Counted from the whole stretch's first letter, positions 12,552 to 26,640 are shown. The stretch: 63,865 bases of DNA, filler included, from Octopus bimaculoides (GCF_001194135.2; 6 parts of 5 records of this genome joined end to end with filler, not necessarily neighbours in it); one strand, 5' to 3'. Program-made: numbers and translations. The notes: generated by a model from the sequence alone, not told the origin.

Positions 12552-14049
12552 TATTTGTGATATAAGTTGGAAGGAGTGGTATGCTTGAGCATATTTACTC
12601 ATTTCTGCATGTATGCAAGGACGAATGAATTCTTTCATGTAAGGGAAGCATGGAACTATTTTATGTGTATTAGTCGCTGTAATTTGCATATTTAGTTTAA
12701 CTTACCAATCGGAATCGTACTATTGCTTTAATTTCTTGTTCTGCATGCATCTATTTTTACGACTTTAAACTCGGACTAAATTTTAAAGTTTATGGTCCTT
12801 GCTGGCGTAGATGATATTCCGATTGTTGGTACCGAGGTTGATGTTCGTAAATTGCACGGTGCTGTGTATGTAATATTTGGGGACATAGTCCCTTTTTGTA
12901 CGTACAACGACTTTTCCTTTCAAGCATTAATCTAGTTTAGTTCATCTATAATACTGACTTATAATTTATATATTTATATAGTTTATTCATATTGCTATTT
13001 ATATAGTTCATTTATTTTACTATTTATATTTATATAATTATATATTTATATTACTGTGTCTAAATAGTCGAGAAAAATACGTTAGTACGTTATCAAAAGC
13101 AGAATAAATATTGTTTTATAAATATTTATTACTTACTGAATTACGTCTGTTTTTAACTCTAGAATTTCCATTCACATGCCTTGTACATATATCCAGAAAT
13201 GATGTATGTATTCGTGATCTGATGAATACCTACTGGAATTATATTGCATAAGTTTAGTTTCTTTGCTGTCTTACCGTGTAAATTTATATATTCTTTATAC
13301 GCGCAGAACAATTTTTTATTTCAGAGATGTAACGAATACACGACTGTCTTCAAATGTTATCTACTTTATACCAAGCTGCTTCTTCCATATATAATTTCGC
13401 ATGAGTGCTTTGCAGCTTGTTCAGAGTAGTAGATCCTAAAATTCATCATCAATTTTCCTAGAGCTTCATAAGTCCAGAAACTTTATAGTTTGTAGTAAGT
13501 GTTACTGGCGTGTTGCAACCTCTTTATGGTACTCACTGTCAATTATCACCGCTATTTGAATTATGACTGCTAGATTTATATTTCATTATTAAGTTATTTA
13601 CTTTTGTTTATGACTAAATGTTAATTATCTGTGTTTTCATTGTACTAGTACCCTCTAATATGATTATTGTGTCCATCATTAATAGTCTATGATTTTCAAT
13701 TCAGTTTTGTTTTACTTTTATGTAATATACTGAATAGCATGCAGCGGGTGTTCTTTGCTGTAGTTGCATGGTTATTTAGCGGGAGAAGGTCGCATTTGCA
13801 GGCCAACATGATAGGTTAATTTCGTCGATATTATCTACTGAAATTTTGTAATCCCTGCCAAAAAAGCTGCAACACATGCCAGAATAATTTGATCCCGAAA
13901 ATTGGTCTATGTACTTCTGTAAAATTTCATGAGGCATCTATCACATATGCTCTTCCAAATGAATTGAAAAAAGTCACGCTAAAATGCGAAGTAACGTTGA
14001 TTGAAACGATAAATCTAGAAGCCTAATTGAAAAGTTGTTTCCCTGTATA

Positions 14050-15120
14050 CAAATATTAAACCGGACTGTAAAACAGCAAAAATCAAAACAGTATAAAGCA
14101 GAATTCTGCAATAAAGTGATCGAACGAACGACAAATATACACGCCATCTTAGGATATAGAAACGAGAAACGGATATACTCTATAGTTAAAGATATCGATA
14201 AATCGGTAAGCAACGAATATATAATAAAGAATATATACTCAACTCTTGATAATTTACGAATTTCTCTTTGAAGCCGAATTAGTAATATAAATCATCTAAG
14301 AAAACTCTACGAAGGAAAAATCGCTGAATTCGTATTTCAAGATCAATTTCTGGATCTCACACAGAATACATTACTCACTGTCTAAATTACGGACGGAAAT
14401 CTCAGTATGAACTTCTATTTACAACCGCAATGCAACTAATACAGAGAAAAGTTTAAAACCAAACAACTTTGTCAATGACTAGGAAATTTCAAAGACAGTA
14501 AGTAAATAGTAACATACTGGATAATCGTCAGCCACTCAGCAACATATAGTTCACGTATATTAATATAAAATACGAAATTAAAGTATACTAGAATACGCTG
14601 AGAAAAGAACCGGAAACAGTTCCCTTTATGTGAATTATATTGCTTAAAAAGTACAAATGTACAAAACGTACTATCAATAAATATGTAGACTTCCGAAATA
14701 TACAATGACTCTATATAAGTTCTCAGATAGAAAACAGCAAATATGTCATGTTTATTTACAAAAATAATTCTATGAAGACAAGTATTGTTCACACAGACAC
14801 AAAATGTCAGTGGCAACAAATGTGTATAATATACAACAAATACTGATCGACAATGTGTATTCTAACCAGATACTGAAACCAATCCCAAAAAGAATACATG
14901 AGAAAGTGAAAGAGAAGTTATATCAGTAATCACTTATATTAAAAATACGCAAATTACATGTAAATTGCGTTATAAGAACTAATATATATATTAATTATAG
15001 AAGTTATAAACATTATGAGAAGTCTCGTAAAACAGAAACAAAAAAACCCATAAGATAACAGTAATTGTATAATACAAACTACATAATAATTCAAACTAAC
15101 TTCTCACAAACTTTTAAACT
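14050..15120 (+). mobile_element. Highly degenerate Penelope-like RT remnant
   Basis: A-rich coding-like strand with weak PLE RT-like patches; its end (ATAATTCAAACTAAC) resembles the segment at ~52925 in a clearer PLE remnant. Confidence 0.35.
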
Positions 15121-15227
15121 GGCAGGGAAGAAATATATGACCGACCTGATATATAAATTTTATTGTAAATGTGGCAGTTGTTAAGGTCATGATTGCAAAT
15201 GCTTGAGAGGTAGAATGACCTCTCAGC

Positions 15228-15457
15228 GGCCAGCTGGCAGAAACGTTAGCACGCCGGGCGAAATGCTTAGCGGTATTTCGTCTGCCACTACGTTCTGAGT
15301 TCAAATTCCGGCCGAGGTCGACTTTGCCTTTCATCCTTTCGGGGTCGATTAAATAAGTACCAGTTACGCACTGGAGTCGATATAATCGACTTAATCCGTT
15401 TGTCTGTCCTTGTTTGTACCCTCTGTGTGTAGCCCCTTGTGGGCAGTAAAGAAATAA
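15228..15457 (+). mobile_element. SINE family B (MetaSINE-like core GCCTTTCATCCTTTCGGGGTCGAT)
   Basis: 15-bp TSD GAATG(A/G)CCTCTCAGC at 15213-15227 and 15458-15472; nearly identical to 20156-20394. Confidence 0.9.
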
Positions 15458-16914
15458 GAATGGCCTCTCAGCTCGGAACTCACTTCAGGCAAGGGGCAAT
15501 CAGACTGCATTATACAAAACACACACACACACTCACACACGGATACACACAGAAACACACAACACGCACAAGTCGCATATTGGCAAAAAAAATCTAGATA
15601 GAAAAATATTGAAGACGATTTCTCGANNNNNNNNNNNNNNNNNNNNNNNNNNNNNNNNNNNNNNNNNNNNNNNNNNNNNNNNNNNNNNNNNNNNNNNNNN
15701 NNNNNNNNNNNNNNNNNNNNNNNNNNNNNNNNNNNNNNNNNNNNNNNNNNNNNNNNNNNNNNNNNNNNNNNNNNNNNNNNNNNNNNNNNNNNNNNNNNNN
15801 NNNNNNNNNNNNNNNNNNNNNNNNNNNNNNNNNNNNNNNNNNNNNNNNNNNNNNNNNNNNNNNNNNNNNNNNNNNNNNNNNNNNNNNNNNNNNNNNNNNN
15901 NNNNNNNNNNNNNNNNNNNNNNNNNNNNNNNNNNNNNNNNNNNNNNNNNNNNNNNNNNNNNNNNNNNNNNNNNNNNNNNNNNNNNNNNNNNNNNNNNNNN
16001 NNNNNNNNNNNNNNNNNNNNNNNNNNNNNNNNNNNNNNNNNNNNNNNNNNNNNNNNNNNNNNNNNNNNNNNNNNNNNNNNNNNNNNNNNNNNNNNNNNNN
16101 NNNNNNNNNNNNNNNNNNNNNNNNNNNNNNNNNNNNNNNNNNNNNNNNNNNNNNNNNNNNNNNNNNNNNNNNNNNNNNNNNNNNNNNNNNNNNNNNNNNN
16201 NNNNNNNNNNNNNNNNNNNNNNNNNNNNNNNNNNNNNNNNNNNNNNNNNNNNNNNNNNNNNNNNNNNNNNNNNNNNNNNNNNNNNNNNNNNNNNNNNNNN
16301 NNNNNNNNNNNNNNNNNNNNNNNNNNNNNNNNNNNNNNNNNNNNNNNNNNNNNNNNNNNNNNNNNNNNNGTATTATATATATGTGTGTGTAATCTATATA
16401 TATATATGTATGTATTTATTTCATATATATGTACTTGTATTATATATATGTGTGTGTAATCTATATATATATATGTATGTATGTGCGTATTGATACGCAC
16501 TTGATAATTATCAGTTTTTTTATACATATACAACCTGCGTTCCTAAAACAGATGCAACATACTACGCATTCACAAATTATGCACATAGCCTGTAGACACT
16601 TACATATGTACACGCGGATGCGCATGCTCAAGCACATCTATATACATAAGGAAACATCTAGGCCTGTCTGCATTCAACTACACATGTCTGTGTGTCAGTG
16701 AGTTGTATGTCTGTGTTACAAAGTTTGTTGTGCATCTGCATATGAGTATGAAAAATGTACACACACGCACACACATACTTTGAAACACACACACTCATAA
16801 ACACACGCCACACACTCACAAACACTCCTCCATATGAATTTGTATGGCTTGAATGTGTGTATGTGTATACATATACATGTATATTAATATGTATGCATAT
16901 ATACGTATATACGT

Positions 16915-16949
<35 letters not shown>

Positions 16950-18094
16950 NNNNNNNNNNNNNNNNNNNNNNNNNNNNNNNNNNNNNNNNNNNNNNNNNNN
17001 NNNNNNNNNNNNNNNNNNNNNNNNNNNNNNNNNNNNNNNNNNNNNNNNNNNNNNNNNNNNNNNNNNNNNNNNNNNNNNNNNNNNNNNNNNNNNNNNNNNN
17101 NNNNNNNNNNNNNNNNNNNNNNNNNNNNNNNNNNNNNNNNNNNNNNNNNNNNNNNNNNNNNNNNNNNNNNNNNNNNNNNNNNNNNNNNNNNNNNNNNNNN
17201 NNNNNNNNNNNNNNNNNNNNNNNNNNNNNNNNNNNNNNNNNNNNNNNNNNNNNNNNNNNNNNNNNNNNNNNNNNNNNNNNNNNNNNNNNNNNNNNNNNNN
17301 NNNNNNNNNNNNNNNNNNNNNNNNNNNNNNNNNNNNNNNNNNNNNNNNNNNNNNNNNNNNNNNNNNNNNNNNNNTATACACATATACATACATACGTATG
17401 TATATAACTTTTTACGGTTGAACAGTCTTGTACTGTGTTCTAAGTGAAATGTTTTATGAACGGCAGTAAAGATAATAAGATCACACAGATGAATTAGCAC
17501 ACACAAGGGAGCCACTAAGTACTTTTGACGGTCGACCACTCTCTTCACTCGTACAACGCGACTAAATTCGGGCAACAAATGTTCAAAATGATTGTATGTC
17601 ATTGGAGAACTTCCAAAAAGTTTCAATTGAAATAATACGTTGCTCGGAAATTTTCCATTGATCGGATTTAACGACAATCTCTTAAATTCATGTGGATCAT
17701 TTCATTGTAATCAGTTCTTCTAGAAGAATGTTCGAAACTATTCTCTTCTCTTTCCTTTCCGTCTGATTTGTTGTTTTTTGTTGTTGTTGTTGTTGTTGTT
17801 GTTGTTTTTCCTGCTGTTGTTGATAATGTTATGGTTTTTGTTCGGCTATATATATATATATACATAGATATATAGACTTGTTTATTTTGTCTCTTTATTT
17901 TATTTTCGTCAGTTTTTGTAACGTTTTCATGTGTTACAAAGACTTTGTGAACATGAACAAAGATTTAATGCTGTGCGGCATGGTTATTAGAATAGTTACG
18001 AATCATGGTCGTATTTGCTGCTGCTGCTGCTGCTGTTGTTGTTGTCGTTCTTGTTGTTGTTGTTGTTCTTCTTCTTCTGCTTCTTCTATTATCA

Positions 18095-18358
18095 AAGATT
18101 TCATAGGGCCTCTTTCGGCAAATTATAAGCTTTGATACTTGGATGTTAACTTCCTGCGGAAGACACTCGACACCCAATCTCAAAATCCTCGCTGTCTCGA
18201 ATAGAGCAATTGTTTGGGCATGCTCTGACCTCACGACAATTCCAATTACTCCGGCATATTTCTCGAACCTGGTTTTTGGTGGTCCGAGTGCCCCTACAGC
18301 TACTGGGATAACAGTTACTCTCCTCATTACCCACATCTTTACAATTTCGTCCTTTACC
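18095..18358 (-). mobile_element. R4/Dong-type RLE LINE, 3' fragment
   Basis: RLE C-terminal pattern VTVIPVAVGALG..KYAGVIGI..QTIALFETARILR; bounded by (TAA)n at its truncated 5' end and by trinucleotide repeats at its 3' end. Confidence 0.8.
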
Positions 18359-18534
18359 TATTATTATTATTATTATTATTATTACTATTATCATTATTAT
18401 TGAGTGAGAGAGGAGTGTATGCCTTCAAAGTGACACTGGGATAAAATATACGAAACCCGGCATACCCATCATGACTATCCGTCTGATAAAACACATGCAT
18501 CACGACCATGTGTGCGCGACATGGTGATATCATA

Positions 18535-18705
18535 TCGATTAGATCGACCCCAGTAAGCAACTGGTACTTAATTTATCAACCCCGAAAAGATGAAAGGTAT
18601 AATCGACCTCGGTGGAATTTGAACTCAGAACATAAAAACAGACGAAATACCGCTTAGCATTTCTCCCAGCGTGCTAACGTTTCTGCCAGCTCACCCGCCT
18701 TGGAA
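18535..18705 (-). mobile_element. SINE family B
   Basis: Reverse-complement match to the family B head and core. Confidence 0.85.
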
Positions 18706-19259
18706 TGAGAGACGATATTGTGTGCATCAGTAATCTGGGCGTTATTATCAAATGAGAAGACTTTTCGGGGCCATGGATCATGTACAACATCCACAAGCCT
18801 TGGTCTGGTAATGCTACTAAAAGAAAGAGAGAGAGAGAGAGAGAGACAGAGAGGTTATAAAGTGTTATTAATTGTACTACCTTCGCTAGGAGGTATGTAT
18901 CTGGATTTAAATAACTCTGTTCTCTGACACTTGATCGGCGCCCAAATATTTCACTTATAGGAGTTTCGTCAAGTACTACTTTTCCTCTATCAGATAAATC
19001 ACACTGCAAGTTTCCTCTGCCCGATGGCTATATCAAAGAAGATAGAGTGATGGACAGTGTTGACAAGAGTGTAAACAGGCTTTTCCCCTCGCCCTTCTAT
19101 CACTAACAGTGTACAATATCATTCTTCTAATGTAAAATATGGGGTTAATTTCTGTAATTCTCTTTTTTATACGCAAAATGCACGTATGGAACATACTGTC
19201 AAAGAAATGCAATCACTTCTTCCTCTTTCTCCACAATAGATCGTAATTGATCTATTCAC

Positions 19260-19491
19260 CTATATGAGCTGTCACTTCTGCCTCTTCTGGAAATGAGGTG
19301 GTTTTTCTTTCTAAATATATATCAATCATTTGTGACATTATTGTCGCTAAGTATTTTAAGAGAAAGGCATTCACGTGAGAGGTCCTGGTACATTTTCGGT
19401 AAACATAATTTAACATAAAATTTTCTGTCTTTCCGCTTGTCGCTTGTTTAAAACTATGTTTCTTCCCTTCCAATTCAAATAGTGAATATCT
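19260..19491 (-). CDS. Candidate 232-nt exon (RYSLFELEGKKHSF...EEAEVTAHI)
   Basis: 77 open codons; AG|GTGAAT donor; the phase-1 end joins in frame to the 9243 acceptor. Acceptor is only moderate. Confidence 0.3.
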
Positions 19492-19629
19492 CTACACATA
19501 TAAACTACATAAATATCTCTACAATTATAAACTACATTTATAAATCTATTGTGTCCAATAAAAAATAATTCTTTCATGAAATAATATTAGAGGGTTAGTA
19601 CGAAAATGAAGGAATTATTTATGTATTTA

Positions 19630-19872
19630 TGTGCTCTTTCAAAGCCTAGCCAGGCTCATGGGCCTGGTTTCCCGGTTTCTATGGCGTATGTGTTCCCCAG
19701 CCAGACGGGACGCCAGTCCACCGCAGCGTTACTCATTTTTGCCAGTTGAGTGGACTGGTATAACGTGAAATCAAGTGTTTTGCTCAAAACACAACGCGTC
19801 GCCCGGTCCAGGAATCGAAACCACAATCCTACAATCATGATGCTGACACTCTAACCACTAAGCCACGCGCCT
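19630..19872 (-). mobile_element. tRNA-derived SINE with V-domain-like core (GCGGTGGACTGGCGTCCCGTC)
   Basis: A box TGGCTTAGTGG and B box GTTTCGATTCC on the minus strand; head related to family C. Confidence 0.75.
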
Positions 19873-20155
19873 AAATAGAGGAATAAACTACTTAAGTTCA
19901 ATCGAAGTCCTTGAAAAATTAACATTTGACATTCCAAACTTTCTGTTAGTTGTCACGTTTTTTTAATGATGTAATCCGGTTTACTCGGAGTACCCCCAAA
20001 TTCATGTATCTCCTTATGCAGGTCGAGATTAATTCCGCTTATATTCAACTTCGATATTTGCTCGAGCCAATGTCAGCAGGAAAAATATTGTGGGACGAGA
20101 ATTCTTGAGCATTAGTTCTAACAAGTAAAGATCAGAATGAATAAATAGTACAGCA

Positions 20156-20394
20156 ATCAAAAGGCAGCGAGCTGGCAGACACTTTAGCACGCCGGGCGAA
20201 ATGCTTAGCAGTATTTCGTCTGCCTTTACGTTCTGAGTTCGAATTCCGCCGAGGTCGACTTTGCCTTTCATCTTTACGGGTCGATTAAATAAGTACCAGT
20301 TACGCACTGGAGTCGATATAATCGACTTAATCCGTTTGTCTGTCCTTGTTTGTTCCCTCTGTGTGTAGCCCCTTGTGGGCAGTAAAGCAATAAG
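20156..20394 (+). mobile_element. SINE family B, full length
   Basis: 11-bp TSD ATAGTACAGCA at 20145-20155 and 20395-20405. Confidence 0.9.
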
Positions 20395-21090
20395 ATAGTA
20401 CAGCACTTAAGTTGTGTGACTCGGTAAGTTGAGAACATGAGGAGAGATGCATGTGTCTAGAAGGATGGGTTGTGTTTGCGATATACACCTAGCTATTGCA
20501 AAAGCGCGTAGGTCGTTGTTTTAAAGAGAGAATTCACAGATAAATGAAACAACACGTCTACGAATAAGTGATAATCGGTGAAATGTCTTTTTTTGGATGA
20601 AGTCCGAGATGTTTATCTGCGTTGTTTCTTTGATCAATTCATCACTCTATAGTTTGGGGTGCGATCCAAATATTTTTTTTCACGTCTAGACTAAATATGT
20701 TTGTATATTACGTATCTAGAACCACGGAAATTTAAGCTCAAGAAACACGTCTTAAAACAGAAGATGAATAACAAGTAAATTAATGACGGTCCATCATTTC
20801 TGCCAAATGTCACATCAACTCATCAATCATGCAACCTGAATATTTGAAACCGTATAGCCGAGGGAAAGTAACTGAGAGAAGTGTTTTCTTGCGTATTGAA
20901 TACACAGATGATAGGGTCTCACATATGTAACGTTTTAAAAGATGTATTTATTAAGAAAAACGATGAACTTTGTCGACAAATTACAAGAGTGAAACTAAAC
21001 ATAGCTTTTAAATAAACTTTATTTCTAAAATTCTGCGTGTTATTTTGCCTCACTTGCTGGACTGTTTGTAAATCGTCTGATTCGGTAACT

Positions 21091-21195
<105 letters not shown>

Positions 21196-21289
21196 TTGAT
21201 GTCAATTGGTTAATCTATTTTGCATACTAGGAGTTTACTTGAATAACAAACATCCTCAGACTCTATATAACAAACTTCGACGCAAGGGG

Positions 21290-21495
21290 GAGGCTCCTTA
21301 TGAAGTAGCTCAACCTGCTAGAAATGGGAGTCAGATCTCTCCAAATTTAGAGCGTAACATATAGACAACTAACGTAGACGGTTAATTTTGTAATATATAC
21401 TCTTAAAAGGCGAGATGAATATAGCTGGATTGTCTTTCATCTGATCGATTAGCGTTGTCCGAGGTCTTAATAGCAAAAACGACAACAACAACAAC
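21290..21495 (+). repeat. Unclassified dispersed repeat family E (also ~28850-29035 and ~36330-36525)
   Basis: Three diverged copies with similar layout ending in (CAA)-rich tails. Confidence 0.5.
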
Positions 21496-22079
21496 ACAAA
21501 CTATATCAGCAACGAACATACAACGATTTTATATGAATGAAAACTTTAAAAGTTAATCTAAATTGGAAACTTTTCATTAGAACTTTTAATCGTTCTGGCC
21601 ACGTTCCTTCATTTGTGTTACAGCATCAATAAAGAAACATCACCTTCGTTCAGAGATGACGACGACTGCTTGATAAAATTCAACGGTTACTTAATATAAA
21701 TTCCACCTGTCTGTTGCTAAAAGAAAGACGATTAATTTATAAACTAATTTTATAATCTATAAAACGTTTTCGATCTAATTTGATAACTGAAGAAATTGGA
21801 TTGAGAATTCTTGTTATTAGCCCAAAATTTCGACCGAAAATAGATTCATACACGGTGTAAACATCAAACATATTTAGTTACTTACGAGTTTAAATCGAGT
21901 TGGCAGCTGACAGAGGGCAAAAGCCTCTAAATCCATGAAACAGAGCTACTTTAAAGGAATTATCGTGCCAAAGGGTTTCCAAATATATGATGCGTTTTGT
22001 CAAGTTGATTTTTGTTGTTGTTCTTGTTGAATATTTTTTATAGCACAGAGTAATTTGTTTTACAAAGAAATCCTTTTTT

Positions 22080-22111
<32 letters not shown>

Positions 22112-22420
22112 TTTTGTTTCAATTGAAGAGAAATTTGACATAAATCATTTATTGTAATTACCTCAGTTTTTAGAAATCTGTTAGGAATTAAGTAAAATGT
22201 TTGTGTTACAATAAGTTGTCAGATAATTTTAGTTTGTTTTTTTCTCTCTCTTTTTTCTTTTAGTTCTTCCAGAGATGCTACAACAATAAGATTAACACGT
22301 CTGCTAAGCAAACATATACATACATACACACAGACTTACATTCGTACGTATATATGTGTGTGCATGTGTGTATGTATTTCTATATATTTGTATATATATG
22401 CGTGTGTGTGTATGTGTGTG

Positions 22421-22465
<45 letters not shown>

Positions 22466-22556
22466 TTAAATATATGTATATATATATATGTATATATATG
22501 CATATATATATATTATGTGCGTATATATGTATATATTTATATATATATATAAATAT

Positions 22557-22609
<53 letters not shown>

Positions 22610-24814
22610 NNNNNNNNNNNNNNNNNNNNNNNNNNNNNNNNNNNNNNNNNNNNNNNNNNNNNNNNNNNNNNNNNNNNNNNNNNNNNNNNNNNNNNNNNNN
22701 NNNNNNNNNNNNTACATACATACATATATATTAATGATGTATGTATATGCCTATGAAAATCTTACTGTGTGAAAATGACAAACAACGCGATTTTAATTTT
22801 TTTTTTTTTTGAAGAAGAAACACGTGTTAAATGTGTCTTAATGTATGTTAAGCATCAGTATGTCAGTAAAAGTGACAGCATATGTAACAATAGCCATGCA
22901 CTACAGTAATCTCAAGTAGTGGTTCTGAACTAATTTTTGAGCGAATACTTTTTTTTTCCATTTTGTAAAATCAGCAAAACTTCTACGAATGGAATAAGCG
23001 TTTTTCTCCCCTGGCTTCATCTGTTTAAGTCTTCCATTTAAAGCATATCGCTAGAGGTTCAATTTCAGTTCAAATAAAGCTACACAAGTGTACGTTAAGG
23101 TCCAGTTTATGAAACTTTGGTCTAAAAGTAAAACCAGGGATATTATTTTATTTATCATATACTGAAAACCACTACAAGTCCAATTGGGTAACAGATAACT
23201 AATCAACCCCTCTATCAACAATTTGTAAGGCACGCATTATATTACGTAGGGCCCACATTATTACAATGTGTACACAAGCTAAAAGCCTCGTAATAAATTC
23301 ACCACCTAAAACATAATGACTTAGACAGATATGTGGTACGTACGTTCAAGCATCCCAGAAAATTTCAGTTCCAATTACTTCCGTCACTTCTGCATACATT
23401 ACAACTTCAACACAAGGAATATTTCAATTCTCTCCTGATAAAAGGGTCGGAATTGAAATCATCGAGCAATATCATAACAGTAACTTCTTTTATACAGTTC
23501 TATATTTAAGTTGAGGACAAATATCGGTTGAATGTAGATAATATAAATAATGTAAATAATGAACTTCTTTTATGTTAAATAACACGTTATATACATAGAC
23601 ACGTATATTCAAAAATGCATAAGCACACAGAGTTACATACATATGCATGCACATATATGTGTAATTGAATGTATCTGTGTAAGCTGTCCAATTCCTGTTC
23701 TTATTTTGCTATTTTATCGTGTTTTTTTTTTGCCGGTCAGTGGATGTCGGTACAAACAAAAAGATGGAAGCACACACACACACGCACACACACACACACC
23801 CACACACACACAAAACACACACACACACACACACAAACACACTCACACACACACCACACACACACATACGTGTGTATGTGTAAACATAGAGAGATGTAAA
23901 TAGATAGATAAATAAATAGACAGATAGATAGTTAGATACATACGTACATACATACATACATACATACATACATACATACATACATACATACGTACATACA
24001 CACGAGTTTACGCCTTCAAACTCACAAGTCATTGGTGGGCGCTGGGATATCGTACAAGACACACCTGTCCAAGGAACTGCGCAGCAAAGCAAATGTTATA
24101 ATTGATGGCTGTTTCGATAGTACGAATTGTTTGATTTGGCTGCCATTCCTAACTGGTTGTGCTACCACTTAGACTCCTCGCCCCATCACTTTCCTCATAG
24201 TTACTACTTGTATAGGGATGAGTTCCATTACTCTAGTTTCCGTGCCACACTGAGACAAATTCAATGATACCTGCTCTCCATATTGATACCATTATTCACT
24301 TCACAGCACACCCAATTTGGCTATTAGTATCATTCTAATATACTCCAGTTTCCTTGAACCAGGTAGTAAATTGCATAGATATCACATGCTCTCACGAGTT
24401 CTATCGCAACGATGAAATGGTTTAAGCTTCAGACTTTTTATTGTACTTTCAATTTTTGAACCAGCAACATACGTCGTAATTATATTGTTACTTTATTTAT
24501 TGCATAATTATTTATTACTGATTATGTATTGTGGTATCTTTTTACTAGGAAAGAGAAAAAATGCAATAGAACGAAATAAAACACAGTAAATTCTTTAGTG
24601 TCTTTCTGCTGCCTAATTTATGCATCAATTAAAAACTGTACTGTTTTAGAAATATGGTAGGTATAAAAACACACAAACAGCATTATATTCACTTTTACTT
24701 AATTATAATTTTGAAATAAGAGTAAGAATAATATTATTAGGTGTCAAAATTTTTCGTCGTACATTTAACGACTACATACACGCAGATATAACTGGCGTTA
24801 TTTCAATGAATCAA

Positions 24815-25430
24815 AATGGCTGAGCTGGCATATTCGCTATCGTGGCGGTCAATGTTCTTAGCGGCATTTCGCCCGTCTGTATGTTCCGAGTTAAAATTCC
24901 ACCGAGGTCGACTTTGACTTTCATCCTTTAGAGGTCAATGCAATAAATACAAGTCAATCATTGGGATCAATGCAATCGACTTAACCCTCTCCTCAAAAAG
25001 TCATGGCCCTGTACCAAAATTTTAAAACTTAAAAAGGCAACAAAATGCTTAGAGGTATTTCATCCGTCTTTATGGTCAGAGATCGACTATCCCTTTCATC
25101 CTCTCGGGGTCGATAGAATAAGGTCCAGTTAAGCACTGGGGTCGATGAAATTCACCAGTCCCTCCCCCGAAATTTCAGGCCTTGTGCCTACAGTACAAAG
25201 GATTATTTCATTGAAACAGTGGTGAGCTGGCAGAAGTGTTAGCACGCCGGACAAGCTTCTTAGCGACATTTCGCCCGTCTTTACGTTCTGAGTTCAAATC
25301 CCGCCGAGGACGCCTTTACTGTTTATCCTTTCGGGATCGATAAAATAAGTACTAGTTGAGCACTGGTGTTAATTTAATCAACTTTCTACCTCGCCTGAAG
25401 TTCTTGGCTTTATGCCAAAATTCGAACCAT
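24815..25430 (+). mobile_element. Three head-to-tail diverged SINE family B copies
   Basis: Core motif and 3' tail occur three times (~24815-25025, 25040-25205, 25218-25430). Confidence 0.85.
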
Positions 25431-25870
25431 TATTTCTTTGAATCATTGAATGTGTTTATGTTAGAGATAAAATGGATTGTCAACGTCATGTTAGGGAATA
25501 TGTATTGAAAGACTTGGCGAAGAACAAAATATCTTGCAGTATTTCTGCTACTTTTTAGAGCACACTCCTACAGTGACACAAATCAATTTTGTTTTTTGTT
25601 CTAAAATTATAGGGAATAATTTTGAGATTAAGTAAAGAGTTCCGAATGTCAAAAAAGTCGATTTCTCTGGAAATGAAATATAATTTATTAAATCAACTTC
25701 AGAATTGCAAAGGGTTCAAGAAGTATGTGATATTGTTTAATATAAACGAATTAACTGCTTGAGAATGGAAAGAAACGAAGAGAAAAGGAGAAACTCAGAA
25801 AATGGATTTTCAATAAATTTAAAACGCATATGATACATACGTGATAACCTTGTGGAAAGGATATAAATGG

Positions 25871-25903
<33 letters not shown>

Positions 25904-26061
25904 AGCACACACATGAACACACACACACACGCACACACACATACATCATACATAGATATGTATGTATGTATCTATCTATCTAATTATGCACGACGATCTT
26001 CCACACATTTTCTCCTACAGAATCCATTCATAGGGCTTTATTCGCTCGGAACTACACTAGT

Positions 26062-26196
26062 GCTCAAGGTGCCGCGAACTGTACTATTGCTGAAGGTGCC
26101 ACGAACTGTACTATTGCTCAAGGTGCCACGAACTATTCTAGTGATCAAGGTGTCACGAACTATACTAATGTTCAAATTGCTGCGAAGTAGTTACTG
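26062..26196. repeat. 27-bp x5 minisatellite amplified inside a minus-strand family A SINE head
   Basis: Units GCTCAAGGTGCC(G/A)CGAACTGTACTATT; flanks match the SINE A reverse complement. Confidence 0.85.
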
Positions 26197-26386
26197 AATC
26201 CAAGCTTAAACGATTGGCAAGCAAACTTCTCAGCCACACATCTGAACCTGCGCCTATGAAACCACGATCAACACGACATATTTATAGAAACAGTATATAT
26301 TTATAGAAACAGTATATATTTATAGAAACAGTACATCATGGACTACAGGGCACATTCAGTTCTATACTTAAGAAATGAGGAATTAC

Positions 26387-26640
26387 GTGCATTATTTACA
26401 TTATTTACATTCGACGGATATTTGTCCTCATCTTGTTTATTGTTAACACAATGTTTCGGCTGATATACCCTCCAGCCCTCATAAGGTGTCTTCATCAGGT
26501 GTCTCCAGCCCTCATCAGGTTCGAAATTTCCCTAAGACACCTGATGAAGGCCGGAGTATATATCAGCCGAAACGTCGTGTTAGCAACAGAACAAGATGAG
26601 GACAAATATCCATCAAATGTAACTAATGTAAATAATGTAC
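26387..26640. mobile_element. Fold-back element: two inverted ~105-bp HHR-bearing arms (Penelope pLTR-like)
   Basis: ATTTACATTCGACGGATATTTGTCCTCATCTTG..TTTCGGCTGATATA is mirrored by TATATCAGCCGAAAC..CAAGATGAGGACAAATATCCATCAAATGTAA; flanked by TACAGGGCA(C/T)ATT direct repeats. Confidence 0.85.
26537..26580 (+). ncRNA. Minimal type I hammerhead ribozyme motif
   Basis: ACAC-CTGATGA-A-GGCCG..CAGCC-GAAAC-GTC^GTGT: stem I ACAC/GTGT, intact core, palindromic ACGT helix III; predicted cleavage after 26576. Confidence 0.8.

Noticed and set aside
20014-20110. Plus-strand exon candidates (20014 VEINSAYIQLRYLL..; 23330 ICGTYVQ..; 36840 EVSLPKRQAFP..; 62520 GQHFIYVR..)
   Set aside because: Short frames with only one good splice site or no phase-consistent partner; expected by chance in 64 kb.
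26062-26196. Regular 27-bp repeats as a CRISPR-like array
   Set aside because: Units are contiguous with no unique spacers, lie inside a SINE head, and there are no cas genes in this eukaryotic context.
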